Origin: Massilicoli timonensis
GTDB taxonomy: Bacteria > Bacillota_I > Bacilli_A > Erysipelotrichales > Erysipelotrichaceae
Length of the DNA stretch: 32,000 bases
Direction: 5' to 3'
Assembly (NCBI RefSeq): GCF_900199515.1
Contig: NZ_LT963434.1
Span: forward strand, 144,057-176,056
Shown here: in pieces, positions 28,531 through 32,000 of the stretch
Layout of the letters: each line of letters opens with the position of its first letter
How positions within the stretch are numbered: position 1 is the stretch's first letter
Notes under the pieces: generated by a model
Databases searched by the model: none
What the model was told of the DNA's origin: nothing
What the model saw: only the letters and a program-made list of their open reading frames with translations
Made by a program: the position numbers and the translations under genes

Positions 28531-30819
28531 ATGAAAAAGAGATCACGTTTTTATACGTTTTTGCTGAGCGTAATCGCTATTTTTGCGATCATTGCCGTTT
28601 TTGCGGACGATGTCAGCAAGCAGATGCGGCTCGGTTTGGATTTGCAGGGCGGTTTTGAAATCGTTTATGAGATCGAACCGCTGAAGGAGGGCGATGAACT
28701 GCCGGATATGAGTTCGGTAGCACAGGCCGTCAGCAAACGTATTGATATCTTAGGTGTAAATGAGCCGGATATTCAGGTGGAAGGCGATAACCGGATCCGG
28801 GTGCAGCTTGCCGGTGTAAATGACATTGAGCAGGCACGGACGGTCATTTCTTCTACGGCAAACTTATCTTTTCGCGATGTTGATGACAATTTGTTGATGG
28901 ATGCGACCGTTTTGAAGAAAGGCGGCGCGGCGCTCAGCAGCGACAGTTTAGGAAAACCGGCGGTTTCTTTGAAGATCGCCGATCAAGATCTGTTTTATGA
29001 AGTAACAAGCGAGCTGGCGCAGAAATCATCCGGTGAAAATATGATCGTAACGTGGCTTGACTTTGTGGAGGGAGAAGACTCTTATGACGGTGAAAAGGTC
29101 AAGGAGAATCCAAAATACATTTCCGTTGCCGGCGTGAGCGAAGCGATTTCCGGTGATGCGATCATCAACGGTTCTTTTACGAAGGAAGAAGCAAAACAGC
29201 TGGCAGATCTGATCAATTCCGGTTCACTGCCGTTCCAGATGAAGGAGCTGTACTCAGAAGCGGTTACCGCAAGTTTTGGCGAACAGGCTTTTGAAACGAC
29301 GATGTTTGCGGGCGGTATCGGCATTGCTTTGATCATGCTGTTTATGATCGTTTATTATCGCCTGCCGGGCCTGATCTCCGCGATTTCGATTGCGGCCTAC
29401 GTCTTTGTGGTATTCTTTATCTATAACCTGATGGGCGGCGTCTTTACGCTTTCCGGTTTAGCGGCGCTGGTGCTTGGCGTTGGTATGGCAGTGGATTCCA
29501 GCATCATTACTTTTGAACGTATCAAGGATGCGCTGTACAGCGGTCGCAGCATCAAAAGCGCTTTTTATGAAGGAACTTCAAAATCCTTCTGGACGATCTT
29601 TGACTCACAGCTGACGACGTTTATCTCCGCTATTATTTTATTTGCGCTCGGCAGTGGTTCGGTAAAGGGATTTGCGACGATGTTGATCGTTTCGGTCGTG
29701 GCAACGATCACACTGATCGTCGGCATTGTACGTTTCCTGTTAGGACAGTTGGTAGAAAGCGGTATGCTGGATGGAAAACTCAGCTGGTTTGGCGTCAAGC
29801 AAGATCAGGTTGCCAATGTGGCAAAGGGGGAAGAACGATTCTATTTCGGCTTCTTCCATCGCTTTCAGTTTGTCAAGAATGCGAAATACTTTGTGGCAAC
29901 ATCTTTGGCGATCATCGTCATTGCGATTGGCTGTATGTTCTTTTCTATCGCACAGGGAAAAGGGCCGTTCCATTTGGGCATTGATTTCGTGAGCGGTACG
30001 AAAATAACCGTTCAAAGCGATCAGAAATTAAATGAATCGGACTTAAAAGCAGATCTTGCCCGTTTTGATATTGAGCCTAGTACGATTCAGATCAATGGCG
30101 AAAATAAAACAAGTGCCGAGATTTCCATTACCGATGTGATCGATTCTGAAACGATGCAGGAAGTGAAAGCTTATCTGAAAGATACATATGGCTATCCTGC
30201 CAGTGACAATGTCGTTACTCCGGTAATCGGCCGCGACTTGGTAAAATCGGCGGTTTTGATCTCGATACTTGCCTGGATCGGTATTTTGATCTATGTGTCA
30301 TTCCGCTTTAAGTGGGACTATGCCATCAGCGGTATCGTGGCCTTATTACATGATGTGATCATCATCTTGGCTGCTTGTGCGATCCTGCGCTTGGAGGTCA
30401 ATACGGAAATCGTAGCGGTACTGCTTACGATCGTCGGTTACTCCATCAATAACTCGATCGTCGTATTCGATCGGATCCGTGATTACATGAAAGGCGTAAA
30501 ACCACATGAGATCACGAAGGAGCGCTTGATTAGCATTGTAAACAGTGCGCTTGGCGATACGGCGCTGCGTTCCTTGTTCTCTACGTTTACAACGATGCTT
30601 CCGGTCATCTGTCTGTTGTTTATGGGCAGCTCGGCAATCTTTAACTTTAACCTGCTGTTGATCGTTGGATTAGTTGCCGGCGGGGGTTCTTCGATGTTTA
30701 TCGCGGCACAGCTTTGGTACTTTATCCGTTTACATCACAAACCAAAGCAAAAGAAGCGTAAAAAAGCGAAAAAATTAGATGAATTGACAGAGATGATCAT
30801 TCCCGGCGTAAATGACTGA
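28531..30819 (+). CDS. secDF: Protein translocase subunit SecDF (fused)
   Basis: 762 aa. N-terminal TM, then a periplasmic-type P1 domain (GLDLQGG..), six TMs, a second loop and six more TMs. K-rich C-terminus. Confidence 0.95.
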   Translation: MKKRSRFYTFLLSVIAIFAIIAVFADDVSKQMRLGLDLQGGFEIVYEIEPLKEGDELPDMSSVAQAVSKRIDILGVNEPDIQVEGDNRIRVQLAGVNDIEQARTVISSTANLSFRDVDDNLLMDATVLKKGGAALSSDSLGKPAVSLKIADQDLFYEVTSELAQKSSGENMIVTWLDFVEGEDSYDGEKVKENPKYISVAGVSEAISGDAIINGSFTKEEAKQLADLINSGSLPFQMKELYSEAVTASFGEQAFETTMFAGGIGIALIMLFMIVYYRLPGLISAISIAAYVFVVFFIYNLMGGVFTLSGLAALVLGVGMAVDSSIITFERIKDALYSGRSIKSAFYEGTSKSFWTIFDSQLTTFISAIILFALGSGSVKGFATMLIVSVVATITLIVGIVRFLLGQLVESGMLDGKLSWFGVKQDQVANVAKGEERFYFGFFHRFQFVKNAKYFVATSLAIIVIAIGCMFFSIAQGKGPFHLGIDFVSGTKITVQSDQKLNESDLKADLARFDIEPSTIQINGENKTSAEISITDVIDSETMQEVKAYLKDTYGYPASDNVVTPVIGRDLVKSAVLISILAWIGILIYVSFRFKWDYAISGIVALLHDVIIILAACAILRLEVNTEIVAVLLTIVGYSINNSIVVFDRIRDYMKGVKPHEITKERLISIVNSALGDTALRSLFSTFTTMLPVICLLFMGSSAIFNFNLLLIVGLVAGGGSSMFIAAQLWYFIRLHHKPKQKKRKKAKKLDELTEMIIPGVND

Positions 30820-30838
30820 GAAATCTATATGCATGCAT

Positions 30839-30873
30839 GAACTGCCCGTCTTATGATGGTGCAGTTTTTATTT
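30839..30873 (+). terminator. Weak candidate terminator after secDF
   Basis: AACTGC...GCAGTT 6-bp stem with a large 15-nt loop, followed by TTTTTATTT. Confidence 0.35.
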
Positions 30874-30903
30874 GGCATTGCAGATGTAGGATCAACGCTT
30901 TTG

Positions 30904-30912
30904 TGTTACAAT
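30904..30912 (+). promoter_or_regulatory. Extended -10 element for recJ
   Basis: TGTTACAAT 21 nt upstream of the recJ ATG, the same 11-mer context as upstream of xth. Confidence 0.4.
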
Positions 30913-30932
30913 AGTAAAAATGAGGTAGAATT

Positions 30933-32000
30933 ATGAATTATAAAATCGTTGCTATAACCGATACACAGTATTATGAAGAAAACTTTTCCTTAAAGAAGCT
31001 GGCCGCAAAAGTTGCTTGTGCAAAAGCGCTTGATGATCAAACGCTGCATGAATTACTGGCAGATCCACTGCTTGCGTCAACCGCACAGATCGAACCGCTT
31101 GCGCAGATCATCGACCGTCTGAAGCTGGCAAAAAAACGACAGGAACACGTATTGGTCTGCGGTGATTATGATGCAGATGGGATCTGTGCGACGACGATCA
31201 TGGTCTATGCACTGCGCCGCTATGGCATCACCTGTGGCTATTATATTCCCAATCGTTTTCGAGAAGGGTATGGCTTATCGTGCAATACCGTGGAGCTGGC
31301 TTATGAAAAGGGCTATCAGCTGTTGATTACCGTCGATAACGGAGTAAAGGCATTTGCGGCATGTGAGCGGGCACAGGCGTTACAGTTAGATCTGATCTTG
31401 ACGGATCATCACCAATATGAGGAACTGCCGCCGCATCTTTTGTTTTTACATCCGGCGATCTTGCCGAAGCGTTTTGCTAATATGTGCGGGGCGGCGATGG
31501 CATTGCTCATTGCCAATGCACTGATCGGGGAACAGTATGATACGATGATCTGGGCCATGATCGCGACCATCGGCGATGTCATGCCGCTGGAGGCGGAAAA
31601 TCGGATGATCGTGCGCAAGGGGCTTTCTTATCTGCGACGCGGTTTCGCAGTTCCGATCCAAAAACTGGCGGCGCCTTTTGTGAAATGGGATGAAACCGCT
31701 GTGGCATTCCAGATCGTTCCCAAACTGAATGCGATCGGCAGAATGGCAGATGAAGCCAATGCGAACATGGCAGTGCGCTATCTGTTGTCCGGCAATATGG
31801 AAGAAATCGAAAAGTGTGCGCAGCAGATCATTGCGCTCAATGCCTACCGCAAGGTAAAAAGCGAGGAGATGTATCAGCGCTGCATGCAGCTAACGTTTCC
31901 ACAAACACAGTTTCAGATCTTATATGATCCAACCTTTCATGAGGGTTTATTAGGTATCGCGGCAGGACGTATTGCAAATGAGCTGCATGTTCCGACAATG
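30933..32000 (+). CDS. recJ: Single-stranded-DNA-specific exonuclease RecJ (3' end outside window)
   Basis: My own translation from ATG 30933 (SD TGAGGT) is open to the window end: MNYKIVAITD...VLVCGDYDADGICATT (DHH motif I), ITVDNG, LTDHH. It is absent from the ORF track because no stop lies within the window. Confidence 0.9.
   Translation, partial: MNYKIVAITDTQYYEENFSLKKLAAKVACAKALDDQTLHELLADPLLASTAQIEPLAQIIDRLKLAKKRQEHVLVCGDYDADGICATTIMVYALRRYGITCGYYIPNRFREGYGLSCNTVELAYEKGYQLLITVDNGVKAFAACERAQALQLDLILTDHHQYEELPPHLLFLHPAILPKRFANMCGAAMALLIANALIGEQYDTMIWAMIATIGDVMPLEAENRMIVRKGLSYLRRGFAVPIQKLAAPFVKWDETAVAFQIVPKLNAIGRMADEANANMAVRYLLSGNMEEIEKCAQQIIALNAYRKVKSEEMYQRCMQLTFPQTQFQILYDPTFHEGLLGIAAGRIANELHVPTM

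Noticed and set aside
31409-31661. Two ~70-aa minus-strand ORFs near the right end of the window
   Set aside because: They are antisense to the open recJ reading frame, which carries the DHH-family motifs.

Overview
This window looks like ordinary core chromosome from a low-GC Gram-positive bacterium (Bacillota). I found no convincing new multi-gene system: no defence-island architecture, CRISPR array, tRNA/rRNA gene or prophage. Gene order follows well-known Bacillus-type blocks: murT(partial)-gatD; rimP-nusA-ylxR-ylxQ-infB-rbfA; a P-type ATPase; plsY next to parE-parC; rplU-prp-rpmA-obg; xth; ruvA-ruvB; and a spoVB-like flippase, comN-like gene, secDF and recJ(partial). The only clearly accessory DNA is at 14.8-18.4 kb. 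It holds a 630-aa cytoplasmic beta-lactamase-fold serine hydrolase with an unassigned C-terminal half. It also holds a 1525-bp insertion sequence bracketed by a perfect 29-bp target duplication, the length typical of the IS1202 group. The IS sits exactly between the hydrolase stop codon and the rplU promoter. Smaller points worth a second look:
- a roughly 200-aa acidic tail on NusA
- a weak-U-tract hairpin in the rimP-nusA leader
- a terminator directly abutting the obg ribosome-binding site
- Gly at the quinolone hot-spot serine position of ParC
- a strongly Shine-Dalgarno-driven 24-codon uORF overlapping the hydrolase start
- a small zinc-ribbon reading frame split across two frames downstream of xth

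All family assignments come from reading motifs and synteny by eye. No database search was possible.
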